Below, piece by piece: positions 20,527 to 31,693 of a DNA stretch of 64,000 nt. Position 1 is the first letter of the stretch; each line of letters begins with the position of its first letter. Source of the DNA: an uncultured Pelagibacteraceae bacterium (GTDB taxonomy: Bacteria > Pseudomonadota > Alphaproteobacteria > Pelagibacterales > Pelagibacteraceae); assembly GCA_902598735.1 (NCBI GenBank), contig CACKCM010000004.1, positions 3,787 through 67,786 on the forward strand, in the 5' to 3' direction. The notes beneath the pieces were generated by a model. That model had not been told where the DNA came from. It did not search any database and saw only the letters and a list, made by a program, of their open reading frames with translations. A program made the translations under genes and the position numbers.

Positions 20527-21633
20527 TTAAGATAATAGTGCAATTAAAGACGTTAATACTACTAAACTGAGACCTCCATAAATATATCTATTTTTACCAA
20601 AATGTGATTTAAATTTTGTTATGCCTACATCTTTGTAGCTCAAGTTCTCACTTGTTAAACTAGATGATTTGCTAAAACCTTGGTCTCGTCCAATTTGAAG
20701 AAATTTTACTTTTCTGTGATCATAAATCTCATCTTTGCTGTAATTTTCAAAATTTTTTAGATTTTTTATTATTGTATATTTTATGTCATTAGCGATGCTC
20801 TCTGGATCTCTGTGAGCACCTCCTAACGGTTCAGGAATTATTTCATCAATAATTTTTAATTCCAGTAAATCTTTTGCAGTCAATTTCATTGCTTCTGCTG
20901 CTTGTAAAGATTTACTAGGATCACGCCAAAGTATTGATGCGCATCCTTCTGGAGAAATTACAGAATAAATTGAATTCTCTAGCATTATTACCTTATTTGA
21001 GGATGCTAAAGCTATAGCACCTCCCGAACCACCTTCACCAATTATAATAGATATGTTCGGAACAGTTAAAGACATACAACACTCAATAGAATTGGCTATA
21101 GCTGAGGCTTGTCCCCTCTGCTCAGCACCAATCCCAGGATATGCGCCTGGAGTGTCAATAAAACTTATGACAGGAATCTGAAATCTATCTGCTAGCTTCA
21201 TTAGTCTTATACATTTTCTATATCCCTCTGGTCTCATCATTCCAAAATTTCTTTCTATTCTACTATTAAGGTCTTCTCCTTTTTCTTGGCCGATTATCAA
21301 AACTGATTTATTATCTATTAAACCAAACCCTGCAATTACAGATTTATCATCACCAAAAAATCTATCCCCCGATAATAAAGTAAATTGGGAAAATATTTTT
21401 TTGATATAGTAGTTAGCCCTAGGACGATCTTCATGTCTAGCAACTTGGGTTTTCTGCCAACTATTAAGATTAGAATAAATTTCCTCAAGTTTTTGATTAA
21501 CTTCTTGCTCGGTTTTTTTTATTCTATTTGTATCAACTTCTGATATTCCCTCAGAACCGAAGGGGCTTTTTAAACCATCAACCTCTTGTTCTAAGGCTTT
21601 AATTTCTTTTTCAAAATCTAAATAGTTTTTCAT
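20527..21633 (-). CDS. accA: Acetyl-CoA carboxylase carboxyltransferase alpha, with C-terminal hydrophobic extension
   Basis: YLDFEK, RNFGM.RPEGYRK, DTPGAYPG, GEGGSGGA and YSVISPEGCASILW motifs. Confidence 0.95.
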   Translation of the reverse strand: MKNYLDFEKEIKALEQEVDGLKSPFGSEGISEVDTNRIKKTEQEVNQKLEEIYSNLNSWQKTQVARHEDRPRANYYIKKIFSQFTLLSGDRFFGDDKSVIAGFGLIDNKSVLIIGQEKGEDLNSRIERNFGMMRPEGYRKCIRLMKLADRFQIPVISFIDTPGAYPGIGAEQRGQASAIANSIECCMSLTVPNISIIIGEGGSGGAIALASSNKVIMLENSIYSVISPEGCASILWRDPSKSLQAAEAMKLTAKDLLELKIIDEIIPEPLGGAHRDPESIANDIKYTIIKNLKNFENYSKDEIYDHRKVKFLQIGRDQGFSKSSSLTSENLSYKDVGITKFKSHFGKNRYIYGGLSLVVLTSLIALLS

Positions 21634-21695
21634 ATAAAACGATACATTTATACTAGTATTATTATATTATAAAATATTGTAAAGATCAGTTAATT

Positions 21696-23840
21696 ATGGA
21701 AATGATAGAAAAAAATGGCTTAAAAATCAATTCGACCTTATTTGATTTTGTAAATAATGAGGCTATTCCAAATACCAAAATTAATAGCAACCTATTTTGG
21801 AGCAAATTTTCAAATATTGTTCATGAACTAACTCCAATAAATAAAACCTTGATTGAAAAGAGAGAAATCATACAAAAAAAAATAGATGATTGGCATAAAT
21901 CTAATAAAGAAAATGATTTAATTAAAACTGATTACACTAATTTTTTAAAATCTATTGGATATATAGTGGAAGAAGAGAATAATTTTAAAATCGAAACTGA
22001 TGGAGTCGATGAGGAAATTTCCTCAATAGCCGGGCCACAGCTTGTCGTGCCAGTTGATAATGCAAGATATGCTTTAAATGCGGCTAATTCTCGTTGGGGA
22101 AGTTTGTATGATGCTTTGTATGGTACTGATGTAGTGCCAGGTAAAGTGAGCAAAGAATGGGATAAAAATAGAGCATTGAAAGTTATAAGCTTTGTTAGAG
22201 AATTTTTAGACGAAAGTTTTCCATTATCCAAGATAAAATGGAAAGATGTTTCAAAAATTCAGATTGAAGGAGAAAAACTAGTTTTAATTTATGGATCGAA
22301 TAAAGATTTTCTTAAAAATCATAATCAATTTATTGGATTTAATGGTAATAGGAATAATCCTGAGTCTATTTTAATAAAGAATAATAATCTCCATATTGAC
22401 ATTTTAATTGACTCGTCTACGCCAGTTGGAAAAATTGATAAAGCTTCTATCACAGATATAATAGTAGAGTCTGCTTTGTCTACGATAGTTGATAATGAGG
22501 ACTCAGTTGCAGCTGTTGATGCAGAAGATAAAGTAAAATGTTATCGAAATTGGTTAGGACTTATGAAAGGGAATCTTACTTCTAATTTCACAAAAAATGG
22601 AAAAAAAATTACTAGGAAACTAAATCCTGATAGGAGCTATTTTTCAAAAGATGGAAAAAAAATTAATCTTCACGGTCGAGCTCTATTATTAAATAGAAAT
22701 GTAGGTCATTTAATGACGAACCCATCAATTATACTTAAGGATGGATCGGAAATACCAGAAGGTATCATGGATGCATTTATTTCTACCCTTTGTGCCCTTC
22801 ATGATTTTGAAAATAAAAAAAATTCAAGAAAAAGTTCCGTATATATAGTCAAACCAAAAATGCATGGACCAGAAGAAGTTGCTTTCACAAACACTTTATT
22901 TGAAAAAGTTGAAGAAGCTTTAGAAATACCAAGATACTCTATCAAGGTAGGTATTATGGACGAAGAGAGGAGAACAACAGTGAATTTAAAAGAATGTATC
23001 AGAAAAGTTAAAAACAGAATTGTTTTTATTAATACTGGTTTTTTAGATAGAACTGGTGATGAGATGCATACATCTTTTGAGGCAGGTCCTATGATTTTTA
23101 AAGGTGAAATGAAAAAATCAAAGTGGTTAAATACTTATGAAGATTGGAATATAGATATAGGTTTAAGTTGTGGTTTTTCAGGTAAAGCTCAAATTGGAAA
23201 AGGTATGTGGGCAATGCCTGATCAGATGTCGAAAATGATGGATCAAAAAATTAATCATCCAAAATCTGGCGCTAATTGTGCTTGGGTACCATCTCCAACC
23301 GCAGCAACATTACACTCCCTTCATTATCATAAGATAAATGTGTTTGAAGAACAGAATAAGATAAAATCGAGAAGCAGAGCTAAATTAGAGAATATTTTAG
23401 AAATTCCTAAAGCTGATAGACCTAATTGGTCAACGGAGGATATAAATCGTGAAATTGAAAATAATGCACAAGGAATTTTAGGTTATGTTGTTAGGTGGGT
23501 GGATCAGGGAGTAGGATGTTCTAAAGTCCCTGATATAAATAATATTGGTCTTATGGAAGATCGTGCAACACTTAGAATATCATCTCAACATATTGCAAAC
23601 TGGCTTCATCATGGTGTCTGTAATAAAGAACAAGTCATAAAAATATTAAAAAAAATGGCAAAAATTGTTGATCAACAAAATAAAAATGATCCAAATTATA
23701 AGCAAATGTCAGATAACTTTGATAAATCAATAGCCTTTTCAGCTGCTTGCGATCTCATTTTTAAAGGAAGAGTACAGCCTTCAGGATATACCGAACCATT
23801 ATTACATCAAAAAAGGCTAGAAAAAAAATCTAATAGCTAA
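21696..23840 (+). CDS. glcB: Malate synthase G
   Basis: [39 protein letters not shown] and GCSKVPDI motifs. Confidence 0.97.
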   Translation: MEMIEKNGLKINSTLFDFVNNEAIPNTKINSNLFWSKFSNIVHELTPINKTLIEKREIIQKKIDDWHKSNKENDLIKTDYTNFLKSIGYIVEEENNFKIETDGVDEEISSIAGPQLVVPVDNARYALNAANSRWGSLYDALYGTDVVPGKVSKEWDKNRALKVISFVREFLDESFPLSKIKWKDVSKIQIEGEKLVLIYGSNKDFLKNHNQFIGFNGNRNNPESILIKNNNLHIDILIDSSTPVGKIDKASITDIIVESALSTIVDNEDSVAAVDAEDKVKCYRNWLGLMKGNLTSNFTKNGKKITRKLNPDRSYFSKDGKKINLHGRALLLNRNVGHLMTNPSIILKDGSEIPEGIMDAFISTLCALHDFENKKNSRKSSVYIVKPKMHGPEEVAFTNTLFEKVEEALEIPRYSIKVGIMDEERRTTVNLKECIRKVKNRIVFINTGFLDRTGDEMHTSFEAGPMIFKGEMKKSKWLNTYEDWNIDIGLSCGFSGKAQIGKGMWAMPDQMSKMMDQKINHPKSGANCAWVPSPTAATLHSLHYHKINVFEEQNKIKSRSRAKLENILEIPKADRPNWSTEDINREIENNAQGILGYVVRWVDQGVGCSKVPDINNIGLMEDRATLRISSQHIANWLHHGVCNKEQVIKILKKMAKIVDQQNKNDPNYKQMSDNFDKSIAFSAACDLIFKGRVQPSGYTEPLLHQKRLEKKSNS

Positions 23841-24439
23841 TCGGTAACTGGTACTCTATTTTTAAAAGCTGAGAATAAAGTACCATCATCAAGTTGTTCT
23901 ATTTCACCTCCCACTGGTAGTCCTTGGGCCAATTTTGTAATTTTTATTTTATCGTTTTTAATAGTGTCTTCTATATAATGAGCTGTTGTCTGACCTTCCA
24001 CTGTAGCACTAGTTGCAATAATGACCTCTTTCAAGTTATTTTTTTTAATTCTTTTGACTAGTGAGTCTATTAACAAGTTTTTTTGCTCGTAATTTTCATT
24101 TGAATTTAATGTTCCACCTAAAATATGAAAATGCCCTTTGTAAACATTAGCAGAATCTATAACCCACATATCAGCTAAATTTTCTACAATACAAATTTTA
24201 TCATATGATGTGTCAGAGGAACAAATGCAAGTTTTATCAATAATTTTTAAATTTCCACAATCTATACAACGAACAACTTTTTTATATACTTGGGCTAATG
24301 ATTTAGCTAAGGGCTTTACCATATTATCTTTATTGTTAATTAGTTTAAGAATTATTCTTTTTGCCGACTTTGGTCCTAATCCCGGCAACTTAGAAAATTG
24401 TTGAATTAGTTCGTTAATTTCTGAAATCTCGTTATCCAT
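23837..24439 (-). CDS. recR: Recombination protein RecR
   Basis: [10 protein letters not shown] HhH, Zn ribbon, Toprim ([15 protein letters not shown]). Confidence 0.95.
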   Translation of the reverse strand: MDNEISEINELIQQFSKLPGLGPKSAKRIILKLINNKDNMVKPLAKSLAQVYKKVVRCIDCGNLKIIDKTCICSSDTSYDKICIVENLADMWVIDSANVYKGHFHILGGTLNSNENYEQKNLLIDSLVKRIKKNNLKEVIIATSATVEGQTTAHYIEDTIKNDKIKITKLAQGLPVGGEIEQLDDGTLFSAFKNRVPVTD

Positions 24440-24759
24440 TAAAAAGGTAATTTAAAATCTAAAGGCAGATTTAAACCGCCTGTAACCTTAGACAATTCTT
24501 CTGCGGACTTCTTCTTTAGGTTTTCTTTAGCATTATTATAAGCCGCTATAATTAAATCATTTATTATCTCCTGGCTTTCATTTTTGGTAGCGTCGGTAAT
24601 TTTTATACTTTTTATCTCATAATCTCCGCTTAAAGTAACTTTTACTAAGTTTCCTCCAGATGCGCCCTCGACCTGGATTTTTTTAATTTGCTCTTGAACA
24701 TCTTTCATTTTTTCTTGCATAGCTTTAGCTTTTGATAACATTTCTGAAAAATTAGTCAT
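24439..24759 (-). CDS. ybaB: YbaB/EbfC nucleoid-associated protein
   Basis: G.SGG.LVKV and DLIIAA.N motifs; dnaX-ybaB-recR synteny. Confidence 0.93.
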   Translation of the reverse strand: MTNFSEMLSKAKAMQEKMKDVQEQIKKIQVEGASGGNLVKVTLSGDYEIKSIKITDATKNESQEIINDLIIAAYNNAKENLKKKSAEELSKVTGGLNLPLDFKLPF

Positions 24760-26430
24760 TTACTCCTCCAATTTTAGATCGGTTAATTCTGCATCAGGAA
24801 ATGCAGACTTGATTTCACTCTCAATTTTTGATTTTTTAAATTCTTCAATCTCTTCATTTTTTATTTCCAAATTTTTCTCATAAATGCTTTTTGCCTCTGT
24901 ATCCTTACTTAATGATATAATCCATCTTTCCCCAGTCCAATGTAATAATCTTTCTGTCAAATTTTTAATAAAATTTTTATTTAATTTTTCATTAAAGCTA
25001 ATATCAATTTTTCCTTTGTTAAAGTTCAGTAATTTTACATTTCTTTCTAGATCGTATTTTAGTTCAATTTCTTTTTCTTTATTTGCCAGATCGATTAAAT
25101 TTTGAAAGCTTGTTATTTCTATTTTTGTTTTCTCGATCTTATTTTCAAAAGTCTTTAGCGGATTTGTTTTAATTTGATCTGTGCTCTTTAATTGATTTTT
25201 GATTTTGTTTGTTATATTAGTTTCTAAATTATTTTCCTCTATTTTTTTACCTAATAGATTATTCTCTTGATTAAAAGAAAAATTTTTTTCAGGATTAATT
25301 TCTTTTTTTTCACCTAAACTTTTCAAATGGACAAGTTGCATTATATACATTTCTAAAGTCAAATTTTCATTTCCAACTAACTTAAGATCTTCAATTGTTT
25401 TAATAGTTAATTGCCAAAATAATCCTATATCTTGCATGTCAATATTTTTTGAATATTCATCGATCATAAGTGTTTCTGTTTCAGAAATACTTGCGTCTTT
25501 ATGAATAGGTCCTAAATTAATTCTTCTACTAAAAAGATACAAAACTTCTAAAATATCATTAAGAAAGTTTCTAGCTTCTAAGCCATCATTAACAAGTTCT
25601 CTCAAATAATTTAGCGCTTCTGCTTCCTTGCCACTTAAAACTTCTTTGAGCAAAGATATAATTTTACTTTTGTCTGCTAGACCTAACATTTCTCTCACAT
25701 CTTTTTCATCTATAGGTTTATTATCATTTATTGAGTGTGAAACTAAAACTCTATCTAAAAGAGAAATAGAGTCTCTTACAGACCCTTCTGAGGACCTAGC
25801 AATCAACCTAATGGCTTCATCAGTGATATTCCCTTTTTCCCTCATAGATATAGTTTTTAAATGTTCTGATAATTGCTCCACACTTACTCTTTTAAGATCA
25901 AACCTCTGACATCTAGATAAAATTGTGACAGGAATTTTTCTGGACTCTGTTGTAGCTAATATGAACTTTAAACTTTGTGGGGGTTCTTCTAAAGTTTTAA
26001 GTAAACCATTAAAAGCTTGCTTAGATAACATATGTACTTCATCAATTATAAAAATTTTGAACTTGGCACTTATAGGTTTATATTTAGAATTTTCAATAAG
26101 TTCTCTTATATCATCAATACCTGTCTTTGATGCTGCATCCATTTCTAAAATATCTATATGATTAGAATTAATAATCTCTTGACAGGTTCCACAAAAATTT
26201 TCTCCAGAACATTTTATTTTTTGATCATCATTTTTTTCACAGTTTAAAGCTTTGGCTATTAACCTTGCAGTAGTTGTTTTTCCAACTCCTCTGATGCCAG
26301 TTAAAAGATAAGCGTTAGGAGTTTTTCTTAACTTTATAGCATTTGTAATTGTTTGAGATATTATCTCCTGACCAATTAAATCTTTAAATTCTTGTGGTCT
26401 GTATTTTAAAGCTAATATTTTATTTGTCAT
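24760..26430 (-). CDS. dnaX: DNA polymerase III subunit gamma/tau
   Basis: LKYRPQ, GIRGVGKTT, DAAS, DEVHML, LLKTLEEPP and SRC motifs. Confidence 0.97.
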   Translation of the reverse strand: MTNKILALKYRPQEFKDLIGQEIISQTITNAIKLRKTPNAYLLTGIRGVGKTTTARLIAKALNCEKNDDQKIKCSGENFCGTCQEIINSNHIDILEMDAASKTGIDDIRELIENSKYKPISAKFKIFIIDEVHMLSKQAFNGLLKTLEEPPQSLKFILATTESRKIPVTILSRCQRFDLKRVSVEQLSEHLKTISMREKGNITDEAIRLIARSSEGSVRDSISLLDRVLVSHSINDNKPIDEKDVREMLGLADKSKIISLLKEVLSGKEAEALNYLRELVNDGLEARNFLNDILEVLYLFSRRINLGPIHKDASISETETLMIDEYSKNIDMQDIGLFWQLTIKTIEDLKLVGNENLTLEMYIMQLVHLKSLGEKKEINPEKNFSFNQENNLLGKKIEENNLETNITNKIKNQLKSTDQIKTNPLKTFENKIEKTKIEITSFQNLIDLANKEKEIELKYDLERNVKLLNFNKGKIDISFNEKLNKNFIKNLTERLLHWTGERWIISLSKDTEAKSIYEKNLEIKNEEIEEFKKSKIESEIKSAFPDAELTDLKLEE

Positions 26431-26437
26431 TTAATTA

Positions 26438-26528
26438 AGAGGCAGGCAACAACCTGAATAATTTTCACTACGGCTGCTTCTTTTCAGACCTGACCGGTTT
26501 TATGAAACATTCACCTGATGCCAACCTC
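26438..26528 (-). ncRNA. ffs: Signal recognition particle 4.5S RNA
   Basis: Minus strand GGTCAGGTCTGAAAAGAAGCAGCC domain IV within a long hairpin (GAGGTTGGCA.../...TGCCTGCCTC); conserved position upstream of dnaX. Confidence 0.93.
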
Positions 26529-26586
26529 AATATGAGTATATCAAGATCAATTTAAATACTACAAGAGTAGAATCTAATTTTGTGGA

Positions 26587-27429
26587 CTATTTTTGCCTAA
26601 ACGCAGAAGCCTCGTAAACTCCTAAAATATCTAAAGTTTCTGTGTGAAAACCTAGTTCTTCAAGAGCTTTTCTTACTCCAGGTTGTTCCAAATGACCTTC
26701 AAGATCAAGATAGAAGTTTGCTTGATCAAAAGTATTCTTAACAGAAAAACTTTCTAACTTAGTCAAATTAACTTGGTTAGTCGCAAAACCACCAAGACAT
26801 TTGTAAAGCGCTGAAGGTTCGCTTTTTACTCTGAATATACAACTCGTAATAAATTTTTTTTCTTCCTTAAATTCGGGCTGTTCAATATTTTTGCCCATTA
26901 TTAAAAAACGAGTAACATTTCCTTTTTCATCCTCAATATTTTTCTCTAGAATTTTTAAATTATATATTTTGGCAGAAAGTTCTGATGCTATTGCAGCAAT
27001 AGTTTTATCTTTACCCTCTGCTAAATCTTTAGCCGACCCAGCAGTATCTGCTGAGATTATCGGTTTAAATTTTTTTTTAGTTATTAAATTTTGACATTGT
27101 CCAATCGCCTGTGCATGGCTTCTAACAAATTTTATATCACTTATAGTTGCATCTGGTTTACATAATAAGTTATGTTCAACTGCTTGAAAATGTTCTCCAT
27201 GAATTTGTAATTTATATTTTGGAAGTAGATAGTGAATGTCAGCAACTCTACCTGCCAGAGAGTTTTCAATTGGTATCACAATTTTGTAACTAGGATCGTT
27301 GTAAGCCTGTTTAAAAGTTTCTTCAAAAGTAGTACAAGTTTTTATTTCAGAGTTCTTATAAAGATTTTCTGCAGCAATGTGTGAGTAAGCTCCAAGCTCA
27401 CCCTGTATAGCAATTTTATTTTTACTCAT
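26587..27429 (-). CDS. pheA: Prephenate dehydratase
   Basis: QGE.GAYSH, PIENS, SH.QA.GQC, N.TRF, and an ACT domain with NLTKLES. Confidence 0.94.
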   Translation of the reverse strand: MSKNKIAIQGELGAYSHIAAENLYKNSEIKTCTTFEETFKQAYNDPSYKIVIPIENSLAGRVADIHYLLPKYKLQIHGEHFQAVEHNLLCKPDATISDIKFVRSHAQAIGQCQNLITKKKFKPIISADTAGSAKDLAEGKDKTIAAIASELSAKIYNLKILEKNIEDEKGNVTRFLIMGKNIEQPEFKEEKKFITSCIFRVKSEPSALYKCLGGFATNQVNLTKLESFSVKNTFDQANFYLDLEGHLEQPGVRKALEELGFHTETLDILGVYEASAFRQK

Positions 27430-28159
27430 TTGTTTTCATTATCTTTTTAATTTCTTCTAAATCTTGTTCAGTGTCTACACTTAAAGGTGATGAGTCCACA
27501 TAACCAACATGTATAGACATCCCATTTTCCATGGCTCTTAGTTGTTCTAATTTTCTTTCAAGTTCAAGTTTTGATCTTTTAAGACCTACATAACGTGATA
27601 AAGCTTTATTAGTAAAGGCATAAATGCCAATATGATGGTAAGCTTGAAATTCTTGCATATTCTTGAGTCTAACAAAATCTAATGCTTTAACGTACATACT
27701 CGTTTTTAACTTTTCTTTTACTAAGACCTTAACAACATTTTCGTTATCTAGTTCCTCATTTGAACTTAATTTACTTGCTAAAGTTCCTATTTCACAATGA
27801 CCTTTATTCATATAATCGACTAAATTGTTAATAGTCTCTGGTGAAATATTAGGCATGTCACCTTGCAAATTTACAATTATATTAGGATTAGCATTTAAAT
27901 TTTTTTTAAAAACCTCAAACACCCTATCGGTTCCTGTCTGGTGATTTTCTGCTGTTAAAATTGCATTTCCCCCAATTTTTTTTACAGTATCAATTATTTT
28001 TTTATCTGGAGTTGCCACATAAACTTCTCCAGCATCTGCTTTCATAGCTGCCTCATAAACATGAAGAATCATCTCTTTATTATTAATAAGTTTAAGGGGT
28101 TTATTGGGCAATCGTATAGCATCCAATCTTGAAGGTATTATTATTGCAGTTTTATTCAT
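27422..28159 (-). CDS. kdsB: CMP-KDO synthetase
   Basis: IPSR...RLPNKPL, GTDR, NLQGD.P, HIGIY and LEQLR motifs. Confidence 0.95.
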   Translation of the reverse strand: MNKTAIIIPSRLDAIRLPNKPLKLINNKEMILHVYEAAMKADAGEVYVATPDKKIIDTVKKIGGNAILTAENHQTGTDRVFEVFKKNLNANPNIIVNLQGDMPNISPETINNLVDYMNKGHCEIGTLASKLSSNEELDNENVVKVLVKEKLKTSMYVKALDFVRLKNMQEFQAYHHIGIYAFTNKALSRYVGLKRSKLELERKLEQLRAMENGMSIHVGYVDSSPLSVDTEQDLEEIKKIMKTNE

Positions 28160-28164
28160 AATTA

Positions 28165-28181
28165 TGCGTCCTAGAGACGCA
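28165..28181. promoter_or_regulatory. GC-rich palindrome, candidate RegA/RegR-type operator between kdsB and cycM
   Basis: TGCGTC-N5-GACGCA in an otherwise AT-rich spacer. Confidence 0.45.
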
Positions 28182-28252
28182 AAAAAATTTGGTAATTTTA
28201 AGTTTTTTTTTTAAAACTCGTGTTATATGTCTGATAAATACTTACCAAAAAT

Positions 28253-28798
28253 ATGGATAGTTTTGAAATAAATAAAATAATAGCCGCAGTCCTTCTAACG
28301 GCCCTAATTGTTATCGGTATTGGAAAATTCACAGATATATTATTCCACGTAGAAAAACCTGAGCAAACGGCCTATAAAGTTGAAGGATTAGAAGTTGCCT
28401 CAACTAGTAGCACGACTGAGTCTTCAGAAAAGGTTCCAGAAGTAGTAGATATAAAAGCTTTATTGGCTATGGGAGACTTAGCACACGGAGAAAAAGTATT
28501 TAAAAAATGCAGCGCTTGTCACATGATTGCAGCTGGTGGAAAAAACATGATAGGTCCAAATTTATGGAATGTGATAGGAAGAACAGCCGGTTCAGTAAGT
28601 GATTATAAATATTCTAAAGCAATGGTTGCTTACGCGAAAGAATGGTCTTTTGAAGAAATGAATAGTTACTTAATTAAACCGCAAGCATATATTAAAGGAA
28701 CTAAAATGGCTTTTGCAGGTCTTAGAAAAGAAAAAGATAGAGCTTCAGTTATTTTATACATGAATTCAAGAGGTGATAATCCAAAACCTTTACCTTAG
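28253..28798 (+). CDS. cycM: Membrane-anchored cytochrome c (CycM/cY type)
   Basis: N-terminal TM, CSACH heme motif, GPNL, GTKMAFAG. Confidence 0.9.
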   Translation: MDSFEINKIIAAVLLTALIVIGIGKFTDILFHVEKPEQTAYKVEGLEVASTSSTTESSEKVPEVVDIKALLAMGDLAHGEKVFKKCSACHMIAAGGKNMIGPNLWNVIGRTAGSVSDYKYSKAMVAYAKEWSFEEMNSYLIKPQAYIKGTKMAFAGLRKEKDRASVILYMNSRGDNPKPLP

Positions 28799-29721
28799 TC
28801 CAGACACCACTTAATAATACTTTTTTGAGCATGCACTCTGTTTAGTGCTTGTCTCCAAACCACTGATTGCTTTCCATCTATTACTTCATTTGTAACCTCT
28901 TCTCCTCTTCCTACTGGAAGACAATGCATAAAAACAGCATCTGAATTAGCTTTGCTCATAAGTTTCTTATTAACTTGGTAAGGTTTTAAAGTTTTCTTTT
29001 TAGAAATTTTATTAACTTTATCATTCATTGAAATCCATTTATCGGTCATTACACAATCAGCACCTGTAGCTGCCTCTAAAGGTTTAGGAGTAATTGTTAA
29101 TTTTACTTTCTCCTTTTTCGCTAGTTTTAATATACTCTTATTTGGAGAATATTTTTTTGGACAACCAATATTAAGTTTAAAATTAAATTTCCCTGCAGCT
29201 TCTATTAAGGAATTCGACATATTATTATTACCATCTCCAATCCAAGAAACAGTTTTACCCTCGATAGAACCATTACTTTCTTCGTAAGTAAGAATATCAG
29301 ACATAATTTGACATGGATGACTTTCATCGGAAAGACCGTTGATAATTGGGATATCTAAATACTTTCCAAATTCCTCTAAATTTTTGTGAGATGAGGTTCT
29401 CAACATAATGATATCTACATACTCCGATAGAACTTTTGCTGTATCTTTTAAAGTCTCGTCTCCCTTTCCGTAATGTATTCCATCTGGGTTTAAAATAATT
29501 GATGATCCACCAAGTTGTTTAACAGCGATGTCAAATGACATTCTTGTTCTTGTTGAGGGTTTCTCAAATATCATAGCCATCGACTTACCTTCAAAGGGCT
29601 TATCTTCATCAGGCGCAGATTTATTTAATCCAACTCTATTTTGTTTTCTCTTTTTTGCTTCTTCAATAATCGCTCTAAGCTCTACTGAAGAACAGTCAGA
29701 GATATTTATAAAGTTTTTCAT
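28795..29721 (-). CDS. argF: Ornithine carbamoyltransferase
   Basis: FEKPSTRT, HPCQ, WISM and HCLP motifs. Confidence 0.96.
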   Translation of the reverse strand: MKNFINISDCSSVELRAIIEEAKKRKQNRVGLNKSAPDEDKPFEGKSMAMIFEKPSTRTRMSFDIAVKQLGGSSIILNPDGIHYGKGDETLKDTAKVLSEYVDIIMLRTSSHKNLEEFGKYLDIPIINGLSDESHPCQIMSDILTYEESNGSIEGKTVSWIGDGNNNMSNSLIEAAGKFNFKLNIGCPKKYSPNKSILKLAKKEKVKLTITPKPLEAATGADCVMTDKWISMNDKVNKISKKKTLKPYQVNKKLMSKANSDAVFMHCLPVGRGEEVTNEVIDGKQSVVWRQALNRVHAQKSIIKWCLD

Positions 29722-30884
29722 TTAAAATTTTTGCAAACTTTCTCTATTATTTTTAAACCTATGTTTATTTCGCTCTTTGTTACATTCAAAGGAGGCAAAA
29801 GTCTGACAACATTTTCAGCGGCTCTTACTGTCAACAAATTATTATCTAAAAGTTTTTGAATAAATTTTACTTGGTTTACGTGAAGACAGAGTCCAATTAG
29901 CAGTCCTTTGCCTCTAACTTCTTTAATAATCTTAGGATACTTATTTTTAATTTTATCAAGTTGATTTAAAAAATATTTTCCATTTTTACTTACATTATTT
30001 AAAAAACCTTTTTTAAACATCACATCCATAACTGCGTTTCCAGCGCTCATTGCTAAAGGGTTTCCTCCGAACGTTGAACCGTGTGTTCCCGGCTTCATGC
30101 CTGAGGCTACCTTTTTATTTACTAAAACTGCACCTATTGGAAAACCACCGCCGATCCCTTTTGCTATTGGGACAATATCGGGTTTAATTTTTGCATATTC
30201 AAATGCAAAGAATTTGCCACTTCTTCCAATTCCACACTGAACTTCATCAAGAATTAATAAAATTTTTTTCTTATTACATAATTTTCTTAAGCCTTTGAGA
30301 CAAAAATCTGGAATAACTTTAATGCCCCCTTCGCCCATGATTGTCTCGACCATGATAGCAGCTGTTCTGCTAGTTATCGCTTTCTCTAAACCTTTGTGAT
30401 CACCAAAGTTGAAATGATCAAAACCATCTACTTTAGGTTTAAAACCTTCAATTGCTTTTTTACTATTGCTAGCAAATATAGCTGCGATAGTTCTTCCATG
30501 GAAACTGTTATTAATGCAAAGAACTCTATTTTTTCTCGGCTGGCCTTTTGAATAAAAATATCTTCTAGCAAATTTAATAGCTGCCTCTGTTGCCTCAGCA
30601 CCAGAATTTTGAAAAGTTACATAATCTGCAAATGTTTTTTGTGCTAATCTTTTTGCTAATTTCTCTTGCTCAGGAATAGTGAATACGTTTGAAACATGCC
30701 ATAATTTTTTTGATTGTTTATTTATTGACTTAATTAAATGGTTATTAGCATGGCCAAGACAGTTTACAGCAATTCCTTGAACGAAATCTAAATATTTCTT
30801 TCCATTCGTTGTATATAAGAAACTTCCTCTTCCCTTAGAAAAAGAGATTTTCTTTCTGTTATAAGTATTTAAAATTTTACTCAT
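29718..30884 (-). CDS. argD: Acetylornithine aminotransferase
   Basis: NSGAEA.E, FHGRT, DEVQCG.GR, AKGIGGG and HGSTFGGNP; adjacent to argF. Confidence 0.94.
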   Translation of the reverse strand: MSKILNTYNRKKISFSKGRGSFLYTTNGKKYLDFVQGIAVNCLGHANNHLIKSINKQSKKLWHVSNVFTIPEQEKLAKRLAQKTFADYVTFQNSGAEATEAAIKFARRYFYSKGQPRKNRVLCINNSFHGRTIAAIFASNSKKAIEGFKPKVDGFDHFNFGDHKGLEKAITSRTAAIMVETIMGEGGIKVIPDFCLKGLRKLCNKKKILLILDEVQCGIGRSGKFFAFEYAKIKPDIVPIAKGIGGGFPIGAVLVNKKVASGMKPGTHGSTFGGNPLAMSAGNAVMDVMFKKGFLNNVSKNGKYFLNQLDKIKNKYPKIIKEVRGKGLLIGLCLHVNQVKFIQKLLDNNLLTVRAAENVVRLLPPLNVTKSEINIGLKIIEKVCKNFK

Positions 30885-31693
30885 GATTTTATTTTATAGC
30901 CTTTTTTATACAATAAATAACAAACAAGCCAGCTAACAAAGCTCAAGACAGTTAAATACACTAAACCAATAGAAATTGAACCATCTGAAGTACCAATAAA
31001 ACTATATCTAAAACCATCAATCATATAAAAAAATGGATTAACTTTACTTACTGCTTGCAAAAAGTCAGGGAGTCTCTCTATTGAATAAAAAGTGCCTGAT
31101 AAGAAAGATAATGGAACTATTACAAAATTAGTAACTGTAGCCATATGATCGAATTTTTCAGCCCATAGTCCAGCGATTATTCCAATATTTCCTAAAACAA
31201 AAGAAGAAAGCAAAGTAAAGGCTATAAGCGTTAAATAGTTTTTGATTTGAATATCTATAATTAATTTAAATACAATAATTGAAACTATTCCAATTAATAC
31301 ACTTCTTGTTACGGCTGCAAGAGAAACTGAGATCGTTACTTCTCCAGCAGATAAGGGAGCAAATAATAAATCAACTATAGTTCCATCAATTTTTTTAATC
31401 ATAAAAGATGAAGAAGAATGAGAAAAAGATTGCTGAATTACCTGCATAGAAATCAACCCTGGCGCTAAAAAAGTAATAAAAGGCACACCAAGAACATCCC
31501 CTCTATCAGCACCAATAGCTAAAGTTAAAACAAGTAAAAAGAGTAAAGATGAAACTAGTGGGGAAAAAATAGTTTGTATCCACACAATTAAGAATCTTAG
31601 AACTTCTTTTTTATATAAAGTCCACGTTCCGAACCAATTAACTAATCCAAATCTTCTTTTTCCAATTTTATATTTTTTCGAAATTTCAACCAT
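30881..31693 (-). CDS. ABC-2 type transporter permease (YadH-like)
   Basis: KEVLRF, FLAPGL, PLSFLSGTFY and NPFFYMIDGFR; six-TM profile. Confidence 0.88.
   Translation of the reverse strand: MVEISKKYKIGKRRFGLVNWFGTWTLYKKEVLRFLIVWIQTIFSPLVSSLLFLLVLTLAIGADRGDVLGVPFITFLAPGLISMQVIQQSFSHSSSSFMIKKIDGTIVDLLFAPLSAGEVTISVSLAAVTRSVLIGIVSIIVFKLIIDIQIKNYLTLIAFTLLSSFVLGNIGIIAGLWAEKFDHMATVTNFVIVPLSFLSGTFYSIERLPDFLQAVSKVNPFFYMIDGFRYSFIGTSDGSISIGLVYLTVLSFVSWLVCYLLYKKGYKIKS

Noticed and set aside
30881-31693. Orphan ABC permease as a novel system
   Set aside because: A YadH-like permease next to gcrA/argD is a familiar alphaproteobacterial arrangement; the ATPase is probably encoded elsewhere
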